DNA of 64,000 nt from Parasitella parasitica NRRL 2501 (taxonomy: Eukaryota > Fungi > Mucoromycota), in the NCBI GenBank assembly GCA_025201805.1, contig MU619308.1, positions 62,001 through 126,000 on the forward strand, in the 5' to 3' direction. Of this stretch, positions 1-13,943 are shown one piece after another. Numbering within the stretch: position 1 is the first letter of the stretch; each line of letters starts with the position of its first letter. Both the position numbers and the translations under genes were made by a program. Below the pieces are notes generated by a model that did no database searches, was not told the origin of the DNA, and was given only the letters and a program-made list of their open reading frames with translations.

Positions 1-27
1 AACTCTAAACAATTTCAATGTATTAGG

Positions 28-738
28 CCATGATACCACCGCTGTATCACTCTCTTTTGCAATTGCTCAAATGGGACGCAATAAAGATATACAAAGGAAG
101 GCAAGAGAAGAGGTGATTTCTATTCTCGGTGATGACACTGAAGACGTTTTCCCCACAAAAGAGGATCTCAAAGAAATGAAATACCTGGATGCTGTTATTA
201 AAGAGGTTTTTATATTACAAAGCCATGCCCACATTATTTCTCTGCTGACTAAAGTTTGCAACCATCTAGACCCTTCGCTTAAACAGCCCTCTTATCAATA
301 CATTGACTCGAGTTGCCTCAAGAGACGTGGAGATTGAAGGCTTGAAAATCACTAAAGGCACCTGTGTCGATGTCGATATTACTTCTACTCACATGAGTTG
401 GGAGGATGGCCAAGAATTCAAGCCAGAAAGGTTCCTTGGAGCAATCGACCCAGCTTCACATAGAGACGGTATCAACTTTGTAACATTTGGTGGTGGAAGC
501 CATACCTGTCCTGGAATGAATTTCAGCTATGCTGAGCAGCGTGTTTTCTTGTCTATGCTTTGTGAGTATTAGTGTCTGGTTCATTTTATTCTAACGCTAA
601 ACTATATATTTTATATCAGTGCGTAAATTTGAGTGGGACTTGCCTGAGGACTCAATCCATAAAGATGGGTGTATAGCTGAAGGTTTTGGCAGCGTCAAGC
701 CCGTGGATGTCAGGGTTAATATGACAAAGAGATACTAA
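28..738 (+). CDS. Cytochrome P450, C-terminal part (5' end outside the window; 3 exons visible)
   Basis: I-helix GHDTT; ExxR (KE|TLR across an intron); FKPERF; heme motif FGGGSHTCPG. GT-AG introns at about 206-269 and 563-619; stop TAA at 736-738. Confidence 0.93.
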
Positions 739-1923
739 CTATTATTTAATATAAAATGTAAACTAATAAATTTTGTTCTTCTGTGTAAGTGGGGGATTAC
801 AATACCAAACTGGCTGTTGTGCAAGATCAAAAGTAGAATTGCCTGATAAACAATTTCTTCATTTTTGTCATAAAGATTTTTGGTTTTTTCAAAGTATCAT
901 GTATAATTTAATCATGATAATCCAGCGGAAAAAAAGTATCTACCAGATTGCCCAGATCGTGGCAGCATCTGACATGTATGAAAGATAGCTTGGTTTGCTC
1001 TTTATGCAGAGCTATTGGTGTTAATATGCATTTTTTTTTTTTTGTCTAAAGGTCGACGTTTTTTGTGGCAAACTATTTATTTGTATAAGCCATACAATGG
1101 GAAAAAGGTTGCATGAGGGTATGATGCATGTCTGATGTTGATTTGGGTCGAGCGTGGTAGAAAGAGATGTAGTACTTGATGCTGGGTTTACAAGGTCCTG
1201 GAAATATCACTGGCGAAGTGTCATAGACATGGAACCATGGATAACCTCTGTTGCTATTAACATTTTCAAACTTGATCATAGTTCATTAATTTCTTCTCTT
1301 TTGTCACCTACAGGTGTCCAATCTGACCCCTTGGCCCTGCTTATACTTAATACGTAATTCATACTGAAAGATCAATAAAGATACAAAAAAAAAAAAAAGA
1401 AAGAGATGTAGTGTGGCAAGCTCAAAAAAACTAATTGTACCTTAGGTTTAAGTGAAGTTTTAGTCAAACATTTTGTATCATCCATGTTAAATAAACACAA
1501 CAATGATGGGATTTAAGGTTCTTGGAGATGCAAAGAGCTTTCCCTCCAGAATCAAACGATCGTAATTTACTCTCTGTCTTCTAGAAGCAGATTCATGCAT
1601 AAATTTAGTATGTGGCGAAATGCTAGTGCTGTAATCTGGAAAGTATCTCTTGTCAAGATCCTTAATATTCTCGCTTTTCAGATTCGCCAATCGTCTTTAT
1701 TTTCCAAATAAAGTGTCCTAAATGTTCTTGGCTGACCCATTTTGCTGAACCATTAGCCATGTTGAGTGATAAACACATGACTGTCCTTTCAGAAGAAATT
1801 TTCAAAAGAGACAAGCTGGAGGATTGAACACCTAACCTCTTTTCTTTACATTATTACAATTGACCTAAAAAAAAAAAAACCAACTGATTAAAAATTAAAA
1901 ATTAAAAATTAAAAATTTAAGCA

Positions 1924-4900
1924 ATGCTTGATACGTTATTATCACGTTTAAAAGAGGAAATAGCGATTGACGGAACAAAAGGTATAATAGATTTATCAAG
2001 TCTGTGAAATGCATATACACCCATGCGAACTGATTGATAATGCAATAGGTTCTAGCATTGATACAGTTTGGAAATATGCAGAACTAGTATCGAAAGAAAT
2101 TGCTAAACAATCCGACTTGTCTATTCAACCTACAATTGATGCTTCGTATAAAGCATTCATATGGAATTATCTTAAACAGGAAGCAGAACTCGAATTTTAT
2201 GAGGACACAGTCGAATCAGCTTCACTGTATACGCAAATCGATGATGCTACATTGGAACAAGATATCATTGATGCTCAAGCACACGAAGCACACGAGGATA
2301 AAAATCAAACACACGATGAACCTCCTTCAGAGAGTGCGCCTATTGAGGATGAGGTCAACATCACTGAAGACCCTAAACCATACACAGATTTCATGGACTA
2401 TATTCATGGCGCCACAGAGCAAGAAACAGAACCCCGTCAATGCAGTAGTCGCAAAAGAAAAACTACATCTACCAAAAAAGCAGCGGCGTCAAAGAAGAAA
2501 TTAAAACCTGCCAAGAAGCCAAAGAAAAAGAAGGAAGACGTGTCGGGCCATTCAGACAGTGATTTCGAATTGGGTTCTGGTGAATCCGAATCCGAGTCTA
2601 ATAGCGATGTAACTGAATGCCCTTCTGAAGATTACAGCGAGCATGAAGACAACGGTGAAGCAGAGCTTGAAACGAAAAAATATACCGGGGAGCGTAAACC
2701 AGTGCACAAAATGTCAAATCCAGTACATGTTCAGCGACAGCCAGAAATAGTAAATACAGTGTCTGATTTTATGTACATTGACATTTTAAGTTTAAAGCGT
2801 CCATTTAGGATAATTCAGGGTTGAAAGCTATTGAGAACGTAGCCGATCTAAGCTATGAACAGGCATATGAACAATATGGTCCTCGTTTGCGTATTCTTGC
2901 ATCTGCTCGGCTGCAACATGAGCAGCTTTTCGTTGGTATTCCTGTAAGTTTTCGCCAAGCCTATTGTCTTGCTTCGATCTCATGCCCTTTTCCTTTTCAA
3001 ATAGTCGGAAGCTTGTATTCCGCCCAGCCTCTTTGCTGTGTTGAGGGCAATCATCAAAACCAGGACACAAGGACTATATCAGGCTTCCATTACAAGGCTC
3101 TTGAATTTTGATCCTCGCTCAACGGGCCATTATGTCAAGTCCTTGGAAGAAAAAGGAGCAATCACTCGCAGAGGCGTTTCCATCAATTACATGCGTACCA
3201 ATATTTGCATCCATGCAAGGTTTTCTCTTGATAGCCAAACCGTGGATATGAATACTGTAGGAGAGAAGGAGCACGAAAACGAAGTTCCGTATAATGTAAA
3301 TGCCAGTGGCAGAGCCTTTTCTTCCAAAGACTTGTTATTTGCTATGGTTGACTTGGCCAATGTAGCCCCTGACGGCATGGTATTGGCCCGAGATATTCTG
3401 CATGGTTTGGTACGCTTGTTTATATATCCTTGCTGAATCAGTGCCTTCTAAAACCAGCATATCTTTAGGGGTTCAACTCAACAAAACGCGGAGTTAGAAA
3501 GTGGTTTAATCGATCTATTGACGAAGTATGTTCGAAAGGATACTTTGAAAAGGGCAGTATCTCTCTGAACGGCGGCAGGCTTAATCGATGCCTCCGCTTA
3601 TTGAAGTTGCCAGAAGGTAACCAAGTGAATGAGTTGCATTTTAAGGCACATGTTTGCTTATTGTCGTTGTAGAGTACGTCCAACGGGAATCTGACCAGAC
3701 ATCCCATGTTCATAGCGATGAAATCACCTTCCCCATCAAGATAAAAAATACCAAGGATTGTGATATTCCAATCCACCATTTGCTTTGTGATGCCCCTCTT
3801 GATTATCAATGCTACGAAGTTGTAGCAGCAGGAGGCATCCATGGAGCAACGCAGAAGGACGTATCCATTGCTTTGAATATGGATGAAATGCGCATTTTAT
3901 TCAAGGTTTTGGACAAACTCGTTAACGTAAAGGAAGGCCAAGGATTCGAGCAGTACGGTGTTGTACGCTACTTGGAGTTTGAGGGTCGGTTGAAGCGTTA
4001 TCGCTACTTTACACTTGCAGCATCCATCAAAATCAACGAAAACATTGACTATGTACCACCGCCTTTACCGGTTGTCGAGGTTGATGAATCCAAATTTTAC
4101 GAAAGAGACATTTTCACGGAACTTCCTCACAAGTGGAAAGACTTCCGCAGCTACCGCAAGCTCATGAAGAATGCTGAAGGCAATAGAAATGTAGCGTATC
4201 CGAAGTCTTCTAAAAAACCATGGGTTCCTAAGATTCGATATAATCCCGATGGGACACCTCGTGAAAAATCGAAATATTTACTGAACAAAGAAAGGAAAAT
4301 GCAAGCCCTTAGAGCCCAGGAATGTGGCTCCAGTTCTGATAATCCACACGATGCTACTCTACCCGTTCATTCCTTCTTCACCAAACCTAGGGACAAAAGA
4401 GGCCCTAAAAACCCTAAAGAACCTCTTCCTCCACCTTCTTCAGATCCTGTCCCAGGGCCTATTCTGACTGGTACTATAGTCAAATGTCCTGCCACAGCAG
4501 CAAACACTACGGTTCGTAAAAAGCGAGAAAGAGCACCCAAGCCGGACCCCCCGACCTCAGACGAAGCAGCACCAAAGAAGAGAAAATACACTAGGAAGAC
4601 TGCTCTAGTACCCAACGACCCTGAACTCGATGCTGGCCGTGTAACTAGGTCTGGAAGATGTATCTCTTTGACCTCTGATTCTGCAGCTGCCGCTGGCTCC
4701 AAAGAAGCAAGTGATACCGAGATGACTCCTTGCGAATCAACTTCTGAAATCACTCAACAACCTATACTAGAAACAAACACTAACGCAACAAAAACACATA
4801 CTATATTAGCCAACCCTCGGGTTGTGGTCAAGGTCCTGCCTTCCAAGCGCATCAAAGCTCGGTCTATTGCAGACTTTTTTGCAAGAGGTCGTAAGATCGC

Positions 4901-7900
4901 CCCTGCTCAAACAAATGATGCAACCGCATCCGCATCGAATGCCGAAAACGAACCTAAAAATACTACCAATATCGAAACTGATCCAGCTGTTGCTCAACCT
5001 GATAATGGCGCTGTTCCTGAAGAATCCGAAGATCAGCCAGAAAATGATGCAACAGCAACTCAACCTGATAATGGCACTATTCCTGAAAAATCCAAAGACC
5101 AGCCAGAAAATGATGCAACAGCTACTCAACCTGATAATAGCATCGCTCTCGAAGAACTCAAAGACCAGCTAGAAAATAATGCAACTGCTGCTCAACCAGA
5201 TAACGGCACCGTTCCTGAAGAATCTGAAGGCCAGCCAGAAAATGATGCAACAGCTGCTCAACTTGATAATGGCACTCTTCCTGAAAAATCTGAAGACCAG
5301 CCAGAAAATGATGCAACAGCTACTCAACCTGATAATGGCGCTGTTTCTGAAGAATCTGAAGGCCAGCCAGAAAATGACGCAACAGCGACTCAACCTGATA
5401 ACAGCATTGCTCTCGAAGAACTCAAAGACCAGCTAGAAAATAATGCAACTGCTGCTCAACCAGATAATGGCACCGTCCCTGAAGAATCTGAAGGCCAACC
5501 AAAAAATGATGCAACAGCTGCTCAACCTGATAATGGCACTCTTCCTGAAAAATCCGAACATCAGCCAAAAAATGATGCAACAGCTACTCAACCTGATAAT
5601 AGCACTGTTCCTGAAAAATCCGAAGACCAGCCAGAAAATGATGCAACAGCTACTCAACCTGATAATAGCATCGCTCTCGAAGAACTCAAAGATCAGCTAG
5701 AAAATAATGCAACTGCTGCTCAACCAGATAATGGCACCGTTCCTGAAGAATCTGAAGGCCAGCCAGAAAATGATACAGCTGCTAAAGACTACGCTATTCA
5801 GCCAAATACGACTGAGGAAGTCATGATAGACGACAAACAACCGTCTGCAGAAGTTGATCGGCCAAGCGATGAGAATGACACCGATGTAACTTTGATGGAT
5901 TATACGCTTGAAGAACAACCACAATCACAGCCAGGAGCAGAAGAAACATCGGCTGCATCAAGCTTATCGCTAGCATCTCGTTACAAACGACAACACGACC
6001 ATGTAAATCGTCGTAAAACAGTAAATTCTTATATGGAGGCCCGAATCAAGATGCTTTACGAATATCTAGAGGAAGTAAAGATTATTGAAATGGGCAAAAT
6101 ATTCACGATTGAGTTTTCTAAGAGAGCGGCGATGCAGTATAAAGGCACCAAGAATCTCATTGATGCGAAAACGTTATGGAATACAGCGCTGGAGCTAGAA
6201 CGAAGAGGCCAAGCGCAAACTACTATAGTGGAATGCCAAGGCTTTAACGGTAAATTTCAGCAAAGAAAGGTTATTTTTCATCATGACATGGATCCAAATT
6301 CAGCTGAATTCCAAGACTTTGTCACCTACATCAAGGAGCGTCGTTCTCTCAGCCATCTTCGTTGTTTGCCTAAACTACCCAAAGTATTCAAACAGCCTGT
6401 GATTCGACTTGCTGAGCACGTAGAGAATATGCAGCAGGAAGCAAAGGCGCTGGGGTTGAGCGGCCAAACGAAAAAGGCCAAGCAATTAGAGCTTCGCATC
6501 AGTGAGTTATCAAAGAACCTAGAGACGTTTGGCAGAGATAGCAGCGCGAGACATCAGACCTACTGGATGATTGAGGCTATCCAATTTGGGTGGATCAGTG
6601 CACGCATGATACGCGCCAAAATATTTCACAAGTTTTTGCACCAGCTGCTGGAGAGCAATGTAGAGGGCGTCAATCAAAAGGAGCGGACGATTACGCTTGC
6701 TGCCATCTGCAACAACATGACCTTCCATTTGGTGTGTCAAGTAATTGGCATCTTCAAACCGACTCCGTTGATCGCTCAATACAGCCAAGATGGATCTTTT
6801 GCTCAGACCAAGCTATCCGAGATTCCAGACAATTTAAAGCAGGAAATCTACGACGAGAATACAAAGTTCCTGCGACGATTGCGATTTTTGATAAATCCCT
6901 TGGAGTATTGCAAGATCGTGACAGCACAGTACACAGAAATCAAGAACGAAACTTCCTTTCAAATTGTAAAATATGCTCACCTTGCGCCATCCTACAAACT
7001 GGAGGAAAAAATACCTATTACTGATTGGACCAAGGCAGATGAGCCATTACTGCGGGAGCACCTCATCAGGGATCTAGACGATTTATCAAACTTCTGGATG
7101 GACCTCAAGTATGTAGCAACATTCCATAATATAGAAGGAGCTGACTTGCCAGTGCCAGCTGATCCGTACGAAAAAGATTTGCAAAAGAGCATCCACAGCA
7201 TGCGAAACTGGAGCACGAGATCTGTCTTTACCCGAGGGCAGAGAGTGCTATTGAATGGAAGGGTCGACAAAGTCAACCGCACAACGCCTCTCAACAGCCA
7301 AGCAGAGATGAAGAGCCTGGCAGCCATGATGCGTGTTCCTTTCGAAACCATTCGATGCTATTACGAAAAAGTAGAAAACGCTCTGGAACGAAGAGATTTA
7401 TACAACCGCAACCGGAAGCTGCAGAGGCTGTTGTTGGGAGCCTCTAGAAAAAAAACCGCAAAAAACACCAAATTCAACAACTACAATGGCCGTCGTGTTA
7501 TCAGCGCTGATTCTGGACATGCCTTTGGTTATCGAAATGCCAATGAGGCTGCTGCAAAAAAGCACTCGAAAGGATATATGGATGACATGCAGGATATCCC
7601 TGTGGTTCAAGATAATAGCTATATTGAACCCGCATTCCGTAAACTGAAGAGGAATTTTTGGACAAAGCAAGAGGATGATGTGCTGCTGTACGTTTACACC
7701 ATTTTAAAACATCGTGCTAAAAACAATGACAACAAGTTTTGGTGGGCTCCTATTGATCGTTGCTTTCCAGAGAAGACCGCGCAAGCTTGTAGATCCCGTA
7801 TAGGCAAACTCATGTCACGGCCTGTTTTTAGAGAGAAATACGAATCCTATCTCATTTTATGGGATTCGTTCTTCAAAGAAGGTCTAGCTAATGGCGACAT

Positions 7901-9693
7901 CAAGGACGAATCCCCAGATGAAAACATGCAGGTGGATGTGTTGGCTTATGTCGCATACTTTGTCAAAAGATTGCAACTACTAGATGCACAGTAAGTACTT
8001 TTTTTTTTGTTCTCTGTTCTACTATATCTTATATTTTTCTATTTTAGCCCTGTGGAGCTGGCTTTGCCTAGCAGCATCGCGAAAGCGCACGAACAGTTTC
8101 AGTTCATCTACAATGAGAGCTCTCAAACTTTATTCGAAGACACTTTCCACGAGAGTCCTACGCTGCTTCAAAAACTGCACACATTATACCAGACATCTCT
8201 GACTACTCGGACATACACAGATTCTTTTTACGATCAGCCAGAGAGCTCCATTTCCGCCGAAAACCATCCAAAAGCACGTCTTTGTAGCATCATCCGGATG
8301 TATGCATTAATGACTCTGATGACCCCTGCCGAGTTCTACGATCCCTTCTATGGGTTCCACGTATTGAGCCAATTCCCAGTACCTCTCAAGGAGGCGGTTT
8401 TTGAAGAAATGAGAGCCGATAAAACGCTAATTCTTGTAAATGGTGATCGCCCCATCCCTGGTTCCAAGCTAACATTGTCTGCCAAGTTTTTGAGAGACAT
8501 GCGTGGTCAATTACCTGCCAATATACTTGTTCAAGCCAAAGAATACGAAAAGTTTCTCTCTACACAAACTGAAAAGTTCAAATTTTCGCCCATTTATGTC
8601 AGTAGCGGCATGATGGCCTGCTTGCTTAATTCATTGTCTAGTGATCAGGTAATCTTTGGTCTTTTTTCATTTGAATTGTGCACAAGGGCAAAGTACCTAA
8701 CCTCGTATATTTCTTTAGATATCAATTAGTTTGTCTAATTTCAGTACGCTAATGAAGAGAGTTCTTTATGCAGGATTCAAACTTAGAGGCATTGGTAAAT
8801 TCAATATTGCAAATACAATGGAGATGAGCACTAACAATCACATTCCAGACAAAGCGCTTGTGAATTTCGATTTGGATATCCAGAAAGTTACTCAGGAAAC
8901 AGGTCAAACCATGACATCTGCTCCAATGTCAAAGGAGGTATCCATCAAGATGCTAGATCCGAAAGAATACGACGACGAAATATCGAGATATATCGACTCC
9001 CAAGATGAGAATGAAGGGCGCTTGATTCAGTCTGTAATGGATGCTCTTTATGCACAGGGAGAAACAGGCTTGACTTTGTATCAGCTAAAAGTACACTTGA
9101 ATGGCTCTTGTTCAGATCAAGACATCACGAGGATCATTCATAAACTCCGTTACAATGATCCGGCTTTAGTTTGTCGAGTAGGCTTTAATTCTGTTCGGTA
9201 TGTCCACGTCAAATTCGCCAGCATCTGGACTGTCAACAACAGAAATCAGGAGCTACCCAAATATACCCCTGAGAACAGCGAAAATATCATAAAACATTCG
9301 AATGGCAAATTCCAAGCTGATCTGGTCAGGAAGGACATCGTCATCCCAAGCTTATGGGTTGATATGAATGGCCATGTCACCGAATTAGTCCTGAATGGCT
9401 GTAAAGAGGCTATTGTTGATCTGGTCCTTCGAAAACCTGGCATCTCGGAAGCCGATATTTATCGCCATATGAGCAAAGGTCTCAGCAAGAGAGAAGTGCG
9501 TGATTTACTGGACATGCTAGTTGAGCAACAGGCATTGCGGCAGATCCAGGTGCAATCTTTCCTCCTGGAATCTGAAAGAAGAAGTTCCATCTTTTCTAAT
9601 AGGAAGATTCTGAAATGTACAAGAAATAACAGCATAGAAAAGAATACTCAATCCTGCTTCTGGATTACTACAGGCACTTATTCCAGCATGTAA
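1924..9693 (+). CDS. TFC3: RNA polymerase III transcription factor TFIIIC B-box-binding subunit (tau138 / Sfc3 / GTF3C1), multi-exon
   Basis: N-terminus MLDTLLSRLKEEIAIDGTKG fits the EEIAxDGxxG start of this family. The B-block winged-helix segment is RAIIKTRTQGLYQASITRLLNFDPRSTGHYVKSLEEKGAITR. A SANT/Myb-like segment (WTKQEDDVLL...W...FPEKTAQACRSR) and a C-terminal helical region follow. ORFs 2009, 2821, 3038, 3654, 8007 and 8731 join through short GT-AG introns. Confidence 0.85.
4995..5786 (+). repeat. Coding minisatellite: 12 x 66 bp (22 aa, QPDNGTVPEESEGQPENDATAA-like) with a 264-bp higher-order period
   Basis: Units can be read directly in ORF 3654..7994. The variant SIALEELKDQLENN is in units 3, 7 and 11. 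Shadow ORFs recur at 5169, 5433 and 5697, 264 bp apart. Confidence 0.95.
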
Positions 9694-11628
9694 TTTCCAC
9701 GAATAGTAAAATAATTAAACTGTATGTTCTTTTCTTCAAATTAAAACAAAATACTATGGTGTCCCAATAGTTTTTCAATGTAGCATATGCACTTCTCCTT
9801 ATACAGTGTTCCTTCATAATTCGATGAAAAAAAAAAATGTCTCCAAAAGCTACAACCTTGACCTTGGGCAATCATTTGATGAGATTTAGATGCCAATAAA
9901 TGACCATCTTAAATTATTATTATCAACATTTCGGATTATACTTTTCGATTTGCTCTATAGTTTTAGTAAAATTTTCTGATATCTAGTTGTGAAAAAGGGT
10001 TACAAGATGTCGCATTTGAGTCAAACTTGGCGAATTTCAATAATTAAACGTAGCTTCATCATACCTTATAAGAATAATCAAGTATTTTACTATACATTTA
10101 CCTTAACCATTTAGGAATTTGCATTGTAAACTGCACATCCACGTATAATTTCAGACAATAAAGTTGAATGTTATAGGCAGAAGGCAGACATTGCGCTTCA
10201 GCAGTAAATCATATGCAAACTCAATCAATGGTAGAGCGTCGTAGTTTAGTTTGACTAGATGCTAAATACAAATCCTGAGTTTATGCAGAATTTATCATAT
10301 TTTAAAACATCTGATGTCGACGAGAAACTCGGCGATTACGCAAGATGCCAAGTTCTTTGTGAATACATATCGTATCAAATAAGGATTGACATATTAGCAA
10401 ATAGAGATCGTGTGGTCACATGTATGAAAGATAGATATTCAGAACATTTAGAAGCTTCATATAAGCCGAAAGTACGTTGCGAAATTGCGTCAACCAGCTA
10501 TACGAGTGCGATGCAGAACTGACTTTCTATAGTTGTGATTTACACAGTTATTCCTTGATAAACATGCTTATGCTATAAATTGCGTGGCTTCTTGGTTACT
10601 TTAATCTATATGGAGCAAACAATAAAAACCTTTAAAAAAAATGCATATGAAAATTAGTACCGTAGCTACAAGAGCGTGTCGTTTGTGCTCTAACCAACAG
10701 TACGTGGATCATACAGGTGTCCACAATATATACGGTACAACACTTAAATGCCTGTATATGAATCGGGTCTGATGTTATAATGATACAGATATATAAAAAT
10801 TAAACGCATTCAAAAATAACTTTCATAGAATTTCACTTAATTTCGGATAGCAGTTGGTATTCTTACTACCCTTATTATCGTGTTGTAAACTAACGATACC
10901 CACTGTATAGGGCCTCCTCCTGATCCTTTATCGTCAGTTGTACTGTACTGATATTATTCGGTTGAGACAAAAATCCTGTATACATGCTGCGAATAGATAC
11001 ATACTATACATTATACTAGCTTATCGAATCATCTTGCTATGCGAGCCTTGTATGGTGATCTTTTAGTGATAATTCGAATAGCTCCAAGATATTCTGTGAT
11101 ATGCATTTATAGTACACGAACCAACTACATGCATTCTCTATAAAATATACCACTAGTATTTTTTATAAGGCCGCTGTAAACATGTAGCGATATGTTCACT
11201 TGTAACTATTATATAGGCCGTGTAAATCGTTACATGGTATATAATCTGTATCTGCATGTGTGCAGGCATGTTTCACATCACGGAAAGTAAAGCGGCCAAA
11301 GCATTTGTGTATTCATGTAACTGTGCTTTTGTATACCAAGTTTTTCACTTTTAAGGTTCGCTTATATCCGTTCACTCGTCATGACCTTTTTTGCCCAGGA
11401 AAAAATTCCAATTGAGGAGACGTTTGACTCCATATGGACCGCAAAACAGACTAGTAAAATTGCCAAGTTGGCACCATTATCCGTATTTCCATGTTACTTA
11501 TATTAATGTCAAGTACATAATTAGTTCACTTTACATGAAGACATATAAATAAACGTATGTAAAATGTAAGACTCAAGTATTTTTTTTTTCTTCTTTTTTT
11601 TATTTTTTTATTGTTAGATTACGATAAA

Positions 11629-13791
11629 ATGACTTATTCAAATCGAACATCTTTCATGACTGCAGAGCAGGATTCTCCAAGGACATCGCACAAATCATCA
11701 TTTGAGCATTACAACCACTTTTATGTTACACGACATGGTAAATCAGCATTGCATTCTAAGCAGACTCAGGATTGTAAATCCGTGTTTAAAAATTCTTTTG
11801 AAAATGTTCATCTCTCTCCAACTGTGTCCTCTCAATCATCTATTTCAGAAGGCATAGAATCCAGTCATACTGTCATTAATGGCTCCTCGCAAACAGTGTA
11901 CAACCTTCCAGATGATGATAATGCTGCTGAAACAAAAGCGCATGGCACAAATAGTAAAGCCGAGATTGATCCGGATTACACCACGATCAGGGCAGCACCA
12001 TATGAATTAAAAACATACCCTATCGCTTGGGTCCTCTTATTTTTTATTGTAGTTATCCGTGCAGCAGTTGCTATTTTTTCCAACACGTTTAGTCCGATTC
12101 CTTCGGTAACTGCTGAATTCATGGGCATATCACTTTCGAGCATCAACTGGTTGTATAATACCATGGCTATATGCTACATTATAGCAAGCTTCTTTACTAG
12201 TTACTTGTACAAGAAGATAGGTGTCAAATGGTCGGTAAGTTCTGTTTGATTCATGCAAGATGCTGGCAGTAATTGATATAAACAATTTACAGCTGTTTTT
12301 TTCAGGATTAGTTTTGTCGGCTGGCTGCTGGATCAGATGGGTAGCAGTAAAGATCAATCCTCCTTCATTCCCTTTGTTAATGGTAGGGCAGACCGTAGCT
12401 TCATTGAGCTCTCCTATCAGCTTGAACATAATGACAACGGTAGGATTTCCATTTTTGGCTGCATACAGCAAAGCTTACTTGTATATTTGCTTCAGTTTGC
12501 GGCAGTCTGGTTTACGGAGAATAGGCGAGCAACAGCTGGCATGTTTATTGGTATGGATAGCATCATATTATGACCGATATCGGCGTTCTTACATTGCTTA
12601 AATAGTATCTAATTATGGTGCTATCATTGCAATGTTTCTTATGCCTGCTCTCGCTACAGGAAAAGACAAGATCGAATTAACAGTAAATTACACACTTCAT
12701 AAAGAATGCAGCATATTCTAATTTATAAACAGGTAATCGTAGTAGCTAGTATTGCAAGCATAGCTACTATCCCATTCCTTTTTTTCCCGTCGAAACCACC
12801 CACTCCTAGTTCTTATCCGGTTACCGTCGCTAACATCTCAAAGCAAAGATTAACCCTACGTCAAGGGGCTATACTTTTATTGAAAAACCCTCATTTTTTG
12901 ATTTTAACCATCATCCACAGCTTAAATATTGGGTTGTCTATTGCTTGGAACGGCTTGATGAATCAAGCAATCTCGCCTTATGGGTATACTGACAATGAGA
13001 TTGGCAATATTGCTGCAATTGGTGTCGTTGGCGGAACACTGGGATGTCGTAAGTGGAGCTTTTAACGTTGCTACATAAACTATTATGCGCCTAACAATGC
13101 TTTAGTCATGTCAGGGCCAATCATTGATAGAACGAAGCAGCACAAAATACTTTTAAAAATCATGGCCCCACTAATGTTTAGCACGTATGTAGCTTTTGTT
13201 TTTGTTGGTAAGCACTTGCAAATAATTATTGTTCTTATCCATTTACAAACATGAGCCTGATTCAACCCGCTCCTCCCATAGTCAAGAAAGATTCATTTGC
13301 GGCTATCTTGTATACGAACATGCTTAGTCAATTTTTTCTAAGTTTTATGGTACCCGTGTGTGTTGAGTTAGGAGTTGAAGGTATAGACATTGATCGCTTG
13401 TAGAGACACACAGTTATTTAATCTAACTGACGTCAAAATATTAGTATCTTATCCTGTTACTGAATCCTTGTCTACTTCCATACTCTGGCAAATAGCACAG
13501 CTTGTTGGATTCATTCTAGTGCTTATCATGGACTTATTTCGAGATGAAAATGGAGAGCCTAAAGACAACCTTTACAAAGCACTGATATTCCAAGCAGCAA
13601 TAGCCGGCATTTGCTTTGTCTTCTCGATGCTTTTCAGTGGGCCTATGACTAGAACCGAGGCCTTAAAAGTTCAGGAGAAGGTCACTCAACCTGAATTTGC
13701 AACTAACGCCATGTCTCGATGTCATTATGATTCAGCAGACACAACGCAAACCCTCACAGGATATCAAGTTCAAAGCAAACAAGAAGTCTGA
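11629..13791 (+). CDS. MFS transporter, FLVCR/SLC49-like, multi-exon
   Basis: Long hydrophilic N-terminus, then LKTYPIAWVLL, NTFSPI, INWL, LMVGQ, WFTENRRATA, PSKPPTPSS, GPIIDRTK and ELGVE|VSYPVTES, with multiple hydrophobic helices over about 9 exons. Confidence 0.85.
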
Positions 13792-13943
13792 ATATTGATG
13801 GCATATTCTTGTATGTGAAGGATAACCAGATGTAAATCACATATATACATAAAGATACTCTTATTCTTTTGAATCAGGCGAGCAATTTTTATTAAAGAAC
13901 ATTTAAATGATGCTTACATGGATACAAATTCTACAACTCTGGC

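Noticed and set aside
1073-1760. Short minus-strand ORFs between the P450 and TFC3
   Set aside because: No consistent splice model or recognisable motif; at most a decayed relic.
4806-5924. Repetitive alternative-frame and antisense ORFs; superficially array-like periodicity
   Set aside because: By-products of the 66-bp coding repeat. There are no unique spacers, so it is not CRISPR-like.
10259-10522. 87-aa ORF (and the similar 20348-20632 ORF) in intergenic DNA
   Set aside because: No recognisable domain or supporting exons; cannot be supported from the sequence alone.
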